This document shows, one piece after another, positions 52,835 to 62,446 of a stretch of DNA of 64,000 nt. Position 1 is the stretch's first letter, and every line of letters starts with the position of its first letter. The stretch lies in contig CAYPBZ010000001.1 of assembly GCA_964409135.1 (NCBI GenBank), positions 26,535 through 90,534 on the forward strand, given 5' to 3'. A program made the translations under genes and the position numbers. The stretch comes from Candidatus Micrarchaeota archaeon (GTDB taxonomy: Archaea; Micrarchaeota; Micrarchaeia; Micrarchaeales; Micrarchaeaceae). Under the pieces are notes generated by a model. That model saw only the letters and a list, made by a program, of their open reading frames with translations, did no database searches and was not told the DNA's origin.

Positions 52835-53464
52835 ATGCATATATTTGATATAAGCGTTGGTCGCGATCTTGTACACGCTGCAAGGTCAGCGATAGAGCTC
52901 TGCATAAAGAATCCAGAGTTCGACCGTAAGATAGTACTTGGGACACTTGACAAGGCTCCAATGCACCAGAAGTTTGGGGTATTCGTGACCCTTACGCATG
53001 GCCCTACCGGTACCCTGCGCGGGTGCATCGGTTTCCCTGACCCAGTCATGCCGGTCGGGATGTCAGTGGTAGAGGCCGCGCTCGCCGCCGCTTTCGAAGA
53101 TCCCAGGTTCGTCTCTGTGTCGCACAAGGAGTTAGATGAGCTTATCATTGAGGTAAGCATACTATCAGGCCAGACCCTGCTTCACAAGGATTGGAGAAAG
53201 AGGAAGAACTCCATAGTTGTCGGAAGGGACGGCCTTGTTGTTGAGTATGGTGTGCACAAGGGGCTGCTGCTGCCTGACGTGCCTATTGAACAAGGATGGG
53301 ATACAGAAGAGTTCTTCGAGGGCGTGATGGAGAAGGCAGAAATACACAAAGGATACTGGAAGCAGCCGAATGTCAAGCTTTATAAGTTCGAAACCCAGAT
53401 ATTCAGGGAGGAGGAACCTGACGGGGATATTATAGAGGTAGATCTGCTGAAAAAGGGCCCGTAG
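52835..53464 (+). CDS. AMMECR1-domain protein
   Basis: 'GVFVTLTH...LRGCIGFP' signature. Start set at ATG 52835, with TATA-like 'tatatatttta' upstream. Confidence 0.85.
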   Translation: MHIFDISVGRDLVHAARSAIELCIKNPEFDRKIVLGTLDKAPMHQKFGVFVTLTHGPTGTLRGCIGFPDPVMPVGMSVVEAALAAAFEDPRFVSVSHKELDELIIEVSILSGQTLLHKDWRKRKNSIVVGRDGLVVEYGVHKGLLLPDVPIEQGWDTEEFFEGVMEKAEIHKGYWKQPNVKLYKFETQIFREEEPDGDIIEVDLLKKGP

Positions 53465-53555
53465 CTTAGCCTGGTTGGAGCGTCCGACTGATATACATTT
53501 GAAATTCAGTAGTGCAGAAATCGGAAGGTCAGGAGTTCAAATCTCCCCGGGCCCA
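53455..53555 (+). tRNA. tRNA-Ile (anticodon GAU) with a 26-nt canonical-position intron
   Basis: GGGCCCG-TA-GCTT..GAGC-G-TCCGA-CTGATA[53494-53519]A-TCGGA-AGGTC-AGGAG-TTCAAAT-CTCCC-CGGGCCC-A. The 5' end overlaps the last 10 nt of the AMMECR1 CDS. Confidence 0.8.
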
Positions 53556-53698
53556 TAATGTTTGATTGACTTATATATCGGGTTTTTTACACCACATTCT
53601 ATAATTGAAAGGAACGGAACTTAGGTAAGAATACCCATTAAATATGTTGTCCCACCAATATATGTGGTACAGAGTGTGCCTTAACCATATGTGAGAGT

Positions 53699-54703
53699 AT
53701 GTCTGGAATAGTCAAGCTGCAGTTTAGGATGTACTTGGTTACATTCCTTGTGTTTGCTGTTGGGTTCGGAGTGATATATGCCCTTATGACGCTTGTCGGG
53801 GCAGGCATGCTTCCGATAGCTGGAATAGCCGTGCTGTTCTTCATTATGCAGTGGTATATCTCTCCAAAGATGATAGCGTGGGCCTCCCACCTGCGGTATG
53901 TCGATGAGAAGGAGTTCCCAGACCTTCACAGAAACGTCTCGGAGCTCGCGGCATCAGCCGGAGTGCCGAAACCCCGTATCGCCATATCAGAGTCGAAGGA
54001 GCCGAACGCATTCGTGTTCGGCAGAACCCGGAAGAGCGCCACTCTCGTAGTGCATCGCGGCCTTCTGGACTCTCTGAACAAGAATGAGATAAACGCCGTG
54101 CTAGCACATGAGATCGGACACATACGCCACAATGACGTAGTGGTGATAACGTTCATATCGTTCGTGCCGATGCTCGCATATATAATAGCCCAGGAACTGC
54201 TGTTCGCCGGAATATTCGGTGGTTTCGGAAAGAACAACTCTGCGGCATACCTTGCCATAGTGGGCATCGGAGCATTCATCGCATACTTCATCTCGGAGCT
54301 GCTCATTCTCGCATTATCAAGGGCGCGGGAGAGTTATGCTGATATATACTCTGCGACCTCAACCAAGAAGCCGGAGTACCTGGCATCGGCGCTCGTCAAG
54401 ATAATGGATAAAGGGGTAGCAGTCGCGCAGAACAAACAGCAGTCAAGAAAGTCGGGTTCGGCGGACGTTACGCGTGCCCTGTACATAGTGGATATGTTCA
54501 GCGTCAGGCGGGACATACGCGACCTCAAGTCGCATATGCCGGAGATACACAAGCTTCTGCCGGACCTCGATGTGGAGGGCCTGGTAAAAAAAGCCGAATC
54601 CACCAATATGCACCTGCATCTGATTTCAAGCCTGTTCTCCACCCATCCCTCGCTGTACAGGCGGCTCGTTACCCTTGCCACTTTAGATGAACAGATACGT
54701 TAG
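53699..54703 (+). CDS. htpX: Zinc metalloprotease HtpX (M48)
   Basis: 'AVLAHEIGHIRHND' HExxH, N-terminal TM helices, 'NAFVFG' and 'THPSLYRR'. Confidence 0.9.
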   Translation: MSGIVKLQFRMYLVTFLVFAVGFGVIYALMTLVGAGMLPIAGIAVLFFIMQWYISPKMIAWASHLRYVDEKEFPDLHRNVSELAASAGVPKPRIAISESKEPNAFVFGRTRKSATLVVHRGLLDSLNKNEINAVLAHEIGHIRHNDVVVITFISFVPMLAYIIAQELLFAGIFGGFGKNNSAAYLAIVGIGAFIAYFISELLILALSRARESYADIYSATSTKKPEYLASALVKIMDKGVAVAQNKQQSRKSGSADVTRALYIVDMFSVRRDIRDLKSHMPEIHKLLPDLDVEGLVKKAESTNMHLHLISSLFSTHPSLYRRLVTLATLDEQIR

Positions 54704-55821
54704 TGGGTGTTGCCGTACAGGTCGTATGTTCTGCCTCTCCACCGTATGGTCCTCATCCTACCACCTTTGAACAGGTTGAACAGGTATAAGAAATCAATCA
54801 AGAGATATATCAAGAATATTGCTGCGTATTTGCGCTCGGCTCGCAAGTACGTTTTCATGATGCCTATCGCTGCGGGCACGAACAGAACGATGAACAGAAT
54901 GTTATACATCGCAGAGAGAATTATCGCGGACAGCAGCACTATCACATCCGAGGTGTACACCGCGATGCCATAATACCATATCTTCCTGTTCGCCCATACC
55001 GACAGTGCAGTCTGCCTGTTCGCCCATTCGTAGAAGCTGGCGAAGCTCTCCTTCGTATTTACATAAGCTATGCGCTTGTTCACGTAGCATATCTCAAGGC
55101 CCTGGCGCTTGCACGCTCTCGTTATCTCAATATCATCAGACACTGCATACCTCATTGACTCTATAAGATCACTGTCTATGAGGCCGTTCCTGAACGCCAT
55201 CGAGCCCCCCCAGGCAAATCTGGTGGCCTTTGACTCCATCATGGCATTGCCAACAAAGTTCCAAGTCATCTTCACCTTGGACCAGAATCCCCGCACCGGC
55301 CTGAAGTATGGGTATGTGGTCGAGACTCCCACACTCCTCGACTGAAGGGGCTGTACCATCAGCTTGAGCCATTCCCTGTTCGGTGTTACGTCAGAATCCA
55401 CAACGACGTACACATCGTAGCCGTGCATTCTCGTCATTGCGGTCAGCAGGTTCCTCACCTTACCGCTGCATCTGTTGAATCTGCGGTCCGCAAGTATGTA
55501 GCGCATCCCGATGGATCTTATCTGCCTGAGCGCGGGGTCTTTGTCACTATCCACAATGGCAACAACATCATAATTCTTATAGTCCTGGCCCTTCAGGGAG
55601 AGAAGGTTCTTCCTCAATGTCAGGTCAGTGCCCTTGCATGGCACCATGACCAGCGTCCTCGGATTGAATGCCCTTTTCTTCTCAGAGTCTGGATCCCAAT
55701 TGAGATGGTCGTTCCGCCTGTATGTGTAGTTTAGCACGTCTAGGGAGATGCTGCCGGCCCATAGGAGCATAATGAACGCCACATACACATAGAACGCATA
55801 CAAAAGAATCTGGCTGTACAT
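54700..55821 (-). CDS. Family 2 glycosyltransferase, membrane-bound
   Basis: 'LVMVPCKGTD', 'VAIVDSD', 'VVDSDV' (DxD) and 'GGSMAFR', with C-terminal TM helices. Confidence 0.8.
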   Translation of the reverse strand: MYSQILLYAFYVYVAFIMLLWAGSISLDVLNYTYRRNDHLNWDPDSEKKRAFNPRTLVMVPCKGTDLTLRKNLLSLKGQDYKNYDVVAIVDSDKDPALRQIRSIGMRYILADRRFNRCSGKVRNLLTAMTRMHGYDVYVVVDSDVTPNREWLKLMVQPLQSRSVGVSTTYPYFRPVRGFWSKVKMTWNFVGNAMMESKATRFAWGGSMAFRNGLIDSDLIESMRYAVSDDIEITRACKRQGLEICYVNKRIAYVNTKESFASFYEWANRQTALSVWANRKIWYYGIAVYTSDVIVLLSAIILSAMYNILFIVLFVPAAIGIMKTYLRAERKYAAIFLIYLLIDFLYLFNLFKGGRMRTIRWRGRTYDLYGNTH

Positions 55822-55823
55822 GC

Positions 55824-58457
55824 CTACCCCAGCCCGTTTCTCTTGAAGAACCGTATATTTGCCCTTATCGACTCTAAAATGTCTCTATACTCTTCCTTGA
55901 TGTCAGGGCGGAGATTCCCTCTCTTTGAGAAGAAGCCGCGGAAGTTTTCCAACCCATCCTCTGTGTGGATAATGTACCCTATCTCGACGAAATTGTTGAG
56001 CATCTGCGCCCCGGGATGGAACTCTCTCATCAGCAAGTGCCAATTCCTCTTCGTCCACTTCCACACGACCGGCTGGATGCGGATGTCCATCGATGCGGTG
56101 AGCGGTATCCCGGCCCTATCCTGTATCCTGACATTCTCGTTCTCGGTCATGTTACTACCTTTCCTGCCGCTCTTGTCTTGTATCTTGACATGTGTAGTCA
56201 TGTTGAATTCCAGTGCTTTCTTTAGTATGCTCTTGTCACGGAACCGTCCAAGTGAATGCAGGTACTTTAGCCTCCTCTCAGGGAGCTTCTCTCTCTTGTA
56301 CATCTTTACTATCTGGTTGAACGTGCTCATGGTGCCGTTCCGCGCCGCTGCGCCGAGCGCGGGAGAGAGCTTGTCATTCTTGATGTCATGCCCTTTGATG
56401 AGCCTGCCGTACATGGCAAGCAGCTTTTCCACTGTGTCCTTGTCCTCGAGCTCCACCAGTTCACCTATGGATGACTCCCTTGTCATAAGGTCTATGTTAG
56501 TATCCTTTTTGGACGAGTCCCAACCGAGCCTGCGTATTATATTTTTGTGGAAGTTGATGGATATCTCGGCGACCCTGTCGTACGCCTTGGTGCCCTCTAC
56601 CATCATCAATGTCCAGGACAGGCCGTTCGCGATGTTGTTGTATGCCGGGTATTGGACGTCCATGCAGTATGATTCAATGAAGTCCAGATACCTCTCTAGA
56701 GGGATCATCGCGGACCTTGTCATCGAAAACAGGTCCCTAACAACTCCCAACGCGTCCACGCTGTCCAGCCTTCCATCCTTTATCATGGCGCCTATCTCTT
56801 CCAGCATGCCGGCTGAGTATTCTACCCTGTACATGTAGTTCTGGTGGTGGTTCAGTCCGATCACGCTCTGGTCGAGCCTCATCGTCATACTCTTCCTGCT
56901 CATAAATGCTGTGTCGTGGGCCTTTGATGTCTTGGTCACATAATCTATTGGAACGGGCCATGCCTCTTTGATGGGCCTTGTTCCGCTTATGCTGAACCTG
57001 CGCTGCTCCAGCCTGACCGAGCCATCGGCCGCGTCCATCCGTATTATTGGATGCCCCTTCCGCGTTATCCAGGTCTCTGCGAACTCCGAGACGCTCGGCC
57101 TGCCGTTCTGTCTCTTCGAGTGCCTGGATATCGCGTTCCATAGGTCTTTGCCCTCAGCGTTGCCATATGCATGTCTGCTCAGGTAGTCATGTAAGCCGTT
57201 CCTGAACGCCTCCTTCCCCGCATAGGACTCTAGCATGTGCAGCACTGTGCCTCCCTTCTCATAGCTTATCGGATCGAATATGCTGTCTATCTCGGCAGGG
57301 GTGCTTACCCTCGCAGCCACTGGATGCGTGCTGTTTCTGGAATCGGCAGACAGAGCGAGACCCATAACCGAGATGTAGTACTGCTTGGAAATGCTCCACT
57401 CGGGGAACACTGAATCCATAGCCTTGTAGCTCATGAACGTGGCGAAGCTCTCGTTCAGCCATAGGTCGTCCCACCAGCTCATTGTGACCAGGTCTCCGAA
57501 CCATTGGTGTGCGAGCTCGTGTGCTACAGTTTCTGCGATCCTCTCTCTTGCTGATGTGGTGATATACTTAGGGTCTCCAAGCATGTCGGCGTCCCTGAAC
57601 GCTATCGCGCCCCAGTTCTCCATAGCGCCGGCAGCGAAGTCAGGCACGGCGATTAGATCTATCTTCGGCAGCGGGAAATCTATCCCGAAGTAGTCCTGGA
57701 AGAACCTCGTGAAACGCACGCAGAAGTCCAAGGCCATCTCCGCGAGCCTTATCTGCCCCGGGACAGTGACGGCGCTTATCCTGAGCTTGCCCAGCCTTCT
57801 CTCTTTGCGCTCGAACCTCCCTATGCCCATATAAAGAAGATAGCACGACATGCGCGGGGTCTTCTCGAATTCTACTACTTTCCTTCCCTCCCCAAGGCGC
57901 GTCTCCCTCATAATCGGCATGTTTGATATAGCTGTTAATTGTTCGTTTATAACCAGGCTGAGGCCGAATGTCGCCTTGAACGCCGGCTCGTCGAAACACA
58001 CGAACGCGCTCCTCGCATCAACCGGCTCGAACTGTGTCGAGAGCATGTGCGCCTCTCGGCCATTGTGGTAGTATATACTCCTGTAAAATCCATACATCCT
58101 ATCATTATTCGTTCCTTCAAATGAGATATGGAGCTCCACCTTACCAACTATGCTGGATCCGAACCTAAACGTTACGCGCGCCTTTTTCTTGTTTGTATGT
58201 ACTGAGGCATGCAGTGTCTTCCCGTTGCATATGGCGTATGCGTCCTTTATGTCGAGCTCTCTCGCATTCATGCATATCTCGGTAGTGTGTCCCTTTACGC
58301 TTAGGAACACAGTTTCATCGCATGCGAACCTAAATCTTTTGAGATCGGTATCGAACCTCAGCGAATAGTGGGTGGGCAGAGCGTTGTCTCCCAGTGTCTC
58401 ATGCAGCGCCCGCCTAGCATTGCCTCCTTTCTTATGTATACGCAAGTCAATCACCAA
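55824..58457 (-). CDS. M1-family aminopeptidase (aminopeptidase N / tricorn-interacting-factor-like)
   Basis: 'GAMENWGA', 'HELAHQWFGDLVT' and 'WLNESFA'. 877 aa. Confidence 0.92.
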   Translation of the reverse strand: MVIDLRIHKKGGNARRALHETLGDNALPTHYSLRFDTDLKRFRFACDETVFLSVKGHTTEICMNARELDIKDAYAICNGKTLHASVHTNKKKARVTFRFGSSIVGKVELHISFEGTNNDRMYGFYRSIYYHNGREAHMLSTQFEPVDARSAFVCFDEPAFKATFGLSLVINEQLTAISNMPIMRETRLGEGRKVVEFEKTPRMSCYLLYMGIGRFERKERRLGKLRISAVTVPGQIRLAEMALDFCVRFTRFFQDYFGIDFPLPKIDLIAVPDFAAGAMENWGAIAFRDADMLGDPKYITTSARERIAETVAHELAHQWFGDLVTMSWWDDLWLNESFATFMSYKAMDSVFPEWSISKQYYISVMGLALSADSRNSTHPVAARVSTPAEIDSIFDPISYEKGGTVLHMLESYAGKEAFRNGLHDYLSRHAYGNAEGKDLWNAISRHSKRQNGRPSVSEFAETWITRKGHPIIRMDAADGSVRLEQRRFSISGTRPIKEAWPVPIDYVTKTSKAHDTAFMSRKSMTMRLDQSVIGLNHHQNYMYRVEYSAGMLEEIGAMIKDGRLDSVDALGVVRDLFSMTRSAMIPLERYLDFIESYCMDVQYPAYNNIANGLSWTLMMVEGTKAYDRVAEISINFHKNIIRRLGWDSSKKDTNIDLMTRESSIGELVELEDKDTVEKLLAMYGRLIKGHDIKNDKLSPALGAAARNGTMSTFNQIVKMYKREKLPERRLKYLHSLGRFRDKSILKKALEFNMTTHVKIQDKSGRKGSNMTENENVRIQDRAGIPLTASMDIRIQPVVWKWTKRNWHLLMREFHPGAQMLNNFVEIGYIIHTEDGLENFRGFFSKRGNLRPDIKEEYRDILESIRANIRFFKRNGLG

Positions 58458-58598
58458 ATACTAGTGATAAAAAAGTAATATAAATACAATGCACGTGAAT
58501 AGGTACGGCCATACCTTGACTAAAACTCAACTATCTTTATACGAAACAAATAAATATGTTGCTAAAGATAGTAAAATTAGATAATAGGAGATGAGTTA

Positions 58599-59885
58599 TT
58601 GGCAAGAAAGAGGAAGAGCAGGAAGGTCGTCAAGAAGAGAGAGGTCTCACAGGCGGCAATGGAGTACCTTTCCGTATACGGATGGGCGCTCCTTATAGTC
58701 GCGGGTGCTGTGGCAGCCATACTCATATATGTCAATCTCCCAACAGCTGTCACCTCTTCGGCATGCAGGTTCTCCGAAGGCTTCTACTGTAATGGAGTCA
58801 TTTTTGGAACTGGAAATAACCAGACACTCATGGTAGTGTCGGTAACCAATAAGCTCCAATATGCAATGATGGATCCAAATCTTATTGTTGCGTTCGGAGG
58901 CCAGAACCAGACGGTTTCCGGGTCATGCTTCCCGAACTACCTAGCATCAGGCGGCTCGGCAGTATGCGAGGTACCACTTTCCAGCAGCAATAAGGTCAAC
59001 ATTGGGCAATATCTTGCAAGCAGTGTATACCTGAAGGCGAAATATTGCGGCCCGACAGTGAACAACTGCACCAGTCCTCCATCAGAGACATACATAGGGA
59101 ATGTACAGACCCATGCCACCACATTAGTGTCTCCAGATGTGGGACTGACGCTGACCGTAGCAAACACCACGAATCCAGCCAGTCCGAACGTAAGGGACGC
59201 GCTAAGCGCGCAGGTGATAATGCTGGGCTACCCATTAAAGGGCGCCACAGTGAACTTTACAGAGAATGATAGCAGCTACAACCTGACTCCGAAGATAATA
59301 ATATCCGATTCGGCCGGTAATGCTACGAGTTACATATCCGGCTCCGCCACAGGAAAGGTCAATATCACTGCGACCTACGCTGGAATGTCTGCTAGCTTAG
59401 TGGTAACATTTACCCAGGCGGCACAAACAACGACATCAACTACATCGACATCCACAATCTCTCCCACATCATCGACATCTACTACATCCACCTCATCAAC
59501 ATCGTCTACATCATCGACAGCCACCACAACAATACAGCCCACCATCTCGCTTGATCTTAATCCATATGACACCTGTTCATATGTTACAACTCATCTGGAT
59601 AAGAACTGCAGCTCTGGAGTAAGGACACTCGGTATAGTGAATGTAAGCTGGATTATTACAAATCCGGCGCCATCCACAACGTGTTCCGTGTATGTGAACA
59701 GAAATACTATAGATACTGGTCTGGGCAGTTCAGGATACGTACATACCTCTCCTCCTCCAGCCGATTTCGGTACAGCAGGTACAGAAAACACTACATCTGA
59801 AATCATCGGCGTATCGTGCAGCGGCACAGGGTGGGGCGGTAGCAAATCAGCATACGCTTATATGTACGCCTATAATGACTCTTAG
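58599..59885 (+). CDS. Pilin-headed surface protein (class III signal peptide, globular region, S/T-rich linker, C-terminal domain)
   Basis: TTG start 8 nt after AGGAG. 'KKREVS|QAAMEYLSVYGWALLIVAGAV' is near-identical in pattern to the 61334 and 62012 pilins. Linker 'TTTSTTSTSTISPTSSTSTTSTSSTSSTSSTATTT'. Confidence 0.65.
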   Translation: MARKRKSRKVVKKREVSQAAMEYLSVYGWALLIVAGAVAAILIYVNLPTAVTSSACRFSEGFYCNGVIFGTGNNQTLMVVSVTNKLQYAMMDPNLIVAFGGQNQTVSGSCFPNYLASGGSAVCEVPLSSSNKVNIGQYLASSVYLKAKYCGPTVNNCTSPPSETYIGNVQTHATTLVSPDVGLTLTVANTTNPASPNVRDALSAQVIMLGYPLKGATVNFTENDSSYNLTPKIIISDSAGNATSYISGSATGKVNITATYAGMSASLVVTFTQAAQTTTSTTSTSTISPTSSTSTTSTSSTSSTSSTATTTIQPTISLDLNPYDTCSYVTTHLDKNCSSGVRTLGIVNVSWIITNPAPSTTCSVYVNRNTIDTGLGSSGYVHTSPPPADFGTAGTENTTSEIIGVSCSGTGWGGSKSAYAYMYAYNDS

Positions 59886-59954
59886 GAGTATTATTGAGAA
59901 CAATGTAGATTGCTTCTGGTTCTGGTTGAAGAGTATCGGCGGGGTGATTACCAC

Positions 59955-60890
59955 TCACGCCAAGGATGGACGCGGCCGACCCTCTACCCCCTTAAACACT
60001 ATCTTTTCCTCCTTAGTTATTATGTCCCGCACAGCCCCGCCATACCTTTCAATTATTGAATTGCAGAGCCGCATCGTCTGCTCTTCGGGGGTCGATGCAC
60101 CAGATGATACTCCTATAGTCTTGTATCCCGCTATCTTATCGAGGATGCCGGCAGCCTCATCAATGAGGAACGCAGGCACGCCCATGCTCTCCGCGACATC
60201 CCTCATCCTATTGGCGTTCGACGATATCTTGGACCCCACTATTATCACGCACTCCGCCCCGTTTCTTACGAGCTCCTTGACCGCACCCTGCCGGTTGGTC
60301 GTCGCATAGCATATATCGTTCCTCATCACCGCATCAGGAAAGTACCTTCTTATTATATTCGCGGCCTTGGCGGTCTCATCGACCGACAATGTGGTCTGTG
60401 TCAGCACCGCGACCTTCGAACCTTTCGGCAGCTTCCTCATCGTCTCCTCCACCATCTCTGGCTTTCTCTCGTCTACTATATAAGACGGGGCGTATTTCGA
60501 TGTGGACATCGTCTCTATGTGGTCCGCATGGCCGATAAGCACTATCGTATAATCATTCTTGCTGTAGGCCATGGCCTCGTCATGCACCTTATAGACGAGC
60601 GGGCATGTCGCGTCTATCACCTTCTGCCCCTTTGACTCCGCTATCTTGTAATGCTCGGGCGGAGATCCGTGTGCGGAGAATAAGACCACAGCCCCGTCTG
60701 GCGCCTCTGCCGGGCTGTCCACTGTTATAGCTCCCATCCCTGCAAGCTCGTTCACGACATCATAGTTATGCACCAGAGAGTGTTTTATGTAGATAGGGGT
60801 GCCGTATTCATGTATGACATCCTTGGCCGTGCTGACCGCTCTGTCGACACCTGCACAGAATCCCCTCGGCTTGGCAAGAAGTATGTCCAA
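59955..60890 (-). CDS. ispH: 4-hydroxy-3-methylbut-2-enyl diphosphate reductase (IspH/LytB)
   Basis: 'LAKPRGFCAGVDRAV', 'DATCPLV', 'ICYATTNRQ' (three cluster Cys), 'FSAHG' and 'GSKISSN'. 311 aa. Confidence 0.88.
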   Translation of the reverse strand: MDILLAKPRGFCAGVDRAVSTAKDVIHEYGTPIYIKHSLVHNYDVVNELAGMGAITVDSPAEAPDGAVVLFSAHGSPPEHYKIAESKGQKVIDATCPLVYKVHDEAMAYSKNDYTIVLIGHADHIETMSTSKYAPSYIVDERKPEMVEETMRKLPKGSKVAVLTQTTLSVDETAKAANIIRRYFPDAVMRNDICYATTNRQGAVKELVRNGAECVIIVGSKISSNANRMRDVAESMGVPAFLIDEAAGILDKIAGYKTIGVSSGASTPEEQTMRLCNSIIERYGGAVRDIITKEEKIVFKGVEGRPRPSLA

Positions 60891-61017
60891 ATATACACCG
60901 CAATAATTACACCGTGAAAGATTAAAAGGTTATGCGGTGCATGCGGCAATCCGCGCATATGTGATTGTATTATAAACCTTTCTAAATAATAATTCTACTA
61001 TAAATGAGAGTGGTTGT

Positions 61018-61239
61018 ATGGCGGAAAAGGTATCAAAAGAGAGGATAACTAGGGCGCAGGGATATTTGTATTATCTTGGATCCGATGGATTCGTCTGGCA
61101 GAACCCTACCAGGTCAAATAAGAGCGGATCGAAGAGGAAGGTGGGAACCGAAAGAGTGAGAAGGGAGAAGGGCTATCTGTACTTTGTCGACAGTAATGGA
61201 TATGTATCTAGGACGCGCCAGGGCAGGAAGCAGGCATAG
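61018..61239 (+). CDS. Small basic protein with an internal duplicated 'GYLY(Y/F)..S(D/N)G(F/Y)V' motif
   Basis: 73 aa, K/R-rich. The two motif copies are 'RAQGYLYYLGSDGFV' and 'REKGYLYFVDSNGYV'. No family recognised. Confidence 0.45.
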   Translation: MAEKVSKERITRAQGYLYYLGSDGFVWQNPTRSNKSGSKRKVGTERVRREKGYLYFVDSNGYVSRTRQGRKQA

Positions 61240-61333
61240 TGCATAGAAACAATTAAAAAGACCAACTTTGCAACTCACGTACAATTGTGATCAAATGGGA
61301 ACAAATATTGATAAAGGGAAATCATTGCCAAAG

Positions 61334-61768
61334 ATGAAAGGCCAGTCGGCAATGGAGTACCTTATGACATACGGATGGGCGATACTCATAATTGCGATCG
61401 TGCTGGTCGCGTTCTTTGCGCTGGGTCTATTCAAGAGTCCGACAGGAACGACATGCAGGTCCCCGTCTGGATATGTGTGCAGCAACCCGATATTCAATTC
61501 CGGCACGAATAAGCTTTCTGTCACAGTAGGGCAGGGAACAGGATCGGACTGGACAGTAGTGACATTTACGATGAATGGCACTGGAATACCGAGCGCACTT
61601 ACTGCCAATATGGGATCTGCCAATTCTATATCGCTGGCTGGCGGCGCTCTTGTGACTATCAACTTTACAATCCCAACTGCTGACACATCGCCTGGCAGTA
61701 TATACGCACACTACACAGTGTCATCGACGAACCAGATAACACAGGTAGCAACGGCGAGCTGGAGCTAA
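61334..61768 (+). CDS. Pilin (class III signal peptide), copy 1
   Basis: 'MKG|QSAMEYLMTYGWAILIIAIVLVAFFAL', about 144 aa from ATG 61334 (the track ORF starts at 61268). Hairpin plus T-run after the stop. Confidence 0.75.
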   Translation: MKGQSAMEYLMTYGWAILIIAIVLVAFFALGLFKSPTGTTCRSPSGYVCSNPIFNSGTNKLSVTVGQGTGSDWTVVTFTMNGTGIPSALTANMGSANSISLAGGALVTINFTIPTADTSPGSIYAHYTVSSTNQITQVATASWS

Positions 61769-62011
61769 TTATACAGCTCCTCTCTCCTTCTTTTTCTTAC
61801 CTTATTTGATTAGAGAGAGTCTCAGGACCAACCCGAAAGAGTGAGAAGGGCTATCTGTACTTTGTCGACAGTAATGGATATGTATCTAGGACGCGCCAGG
61901 GCAGGAAGCAGGCATAGTGCATAGAAACAATTAAAAAGACCAACTTTGCAACTCACGTACAATTGTGATCAAATGGGAACAAATATTGATAAAGGGAAAT
62001 CATTGCCAAAG

Positions 62012-62446
62012 ATGAAAGGCCAGTCGGCAATGGAGTACCTTATGACATACGGATGGGCGATACTCATAATTGCGATCGTGCTGGTCGCGTTCTTTGCGCT
62101 GGGTCTATTCAAGAGTCCGACAGGAACGACATGCAGGTCCCCGTCTGGATATGTGTGCAGCAACCCGATATTCAATTCCGGCACGAATAAGCTTTCTGTC
62201 ACAGTAGGGCAGGGAACAGGATCGGACTGGACAGTAGTGACATTTACGATGAATGGCACTGGAATACCGAGCGCACTTACTGCCAATATGGGATCTGCCA
62301 ATTCTATATCGCTGGCTGGCGGCGCTCTTGTGACTATCAACTTTACAATCCCAACTGCTGACACATCGCCTGGCAGTATATACGCACACTACACAGTGTC
62401 ATCGACGAACCAGATAACACAGGTAGCAACGGCGAGCTGGAGCTAA
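62012..62446 (+). CDS. Pilin (class III signal peptide), copy 2, identical to copy 1
   Basis: The track proteins 61268..61768 and 61946..62446 are 100% identical, as are their antisense shadow ORFs. Confidence 0.75.
   Translation: MKGQSAMEYLMTYGWAILIIAIVLVAFFALGLFKSPTGTTCRSPSGYVCSNPIFNSGTNKLSVTVGQGTGSDWTVVTFTMNGTGIPSALTANMGSANSISLAGGALVTINFTIPTADTSPGSIYAHYTVSSTNQITQVATASWS

Noticed and set aside
59375-59572. Repetitive DNA that could be mistaken for a repeat array or CRISPR
   Set aside because: It is the in-frame S/T-linker coding tract of the 58599 gene. The units are short and imperfect and there is no spacer/repeat organisation. No CRISPR array was seen anywhere in the window.
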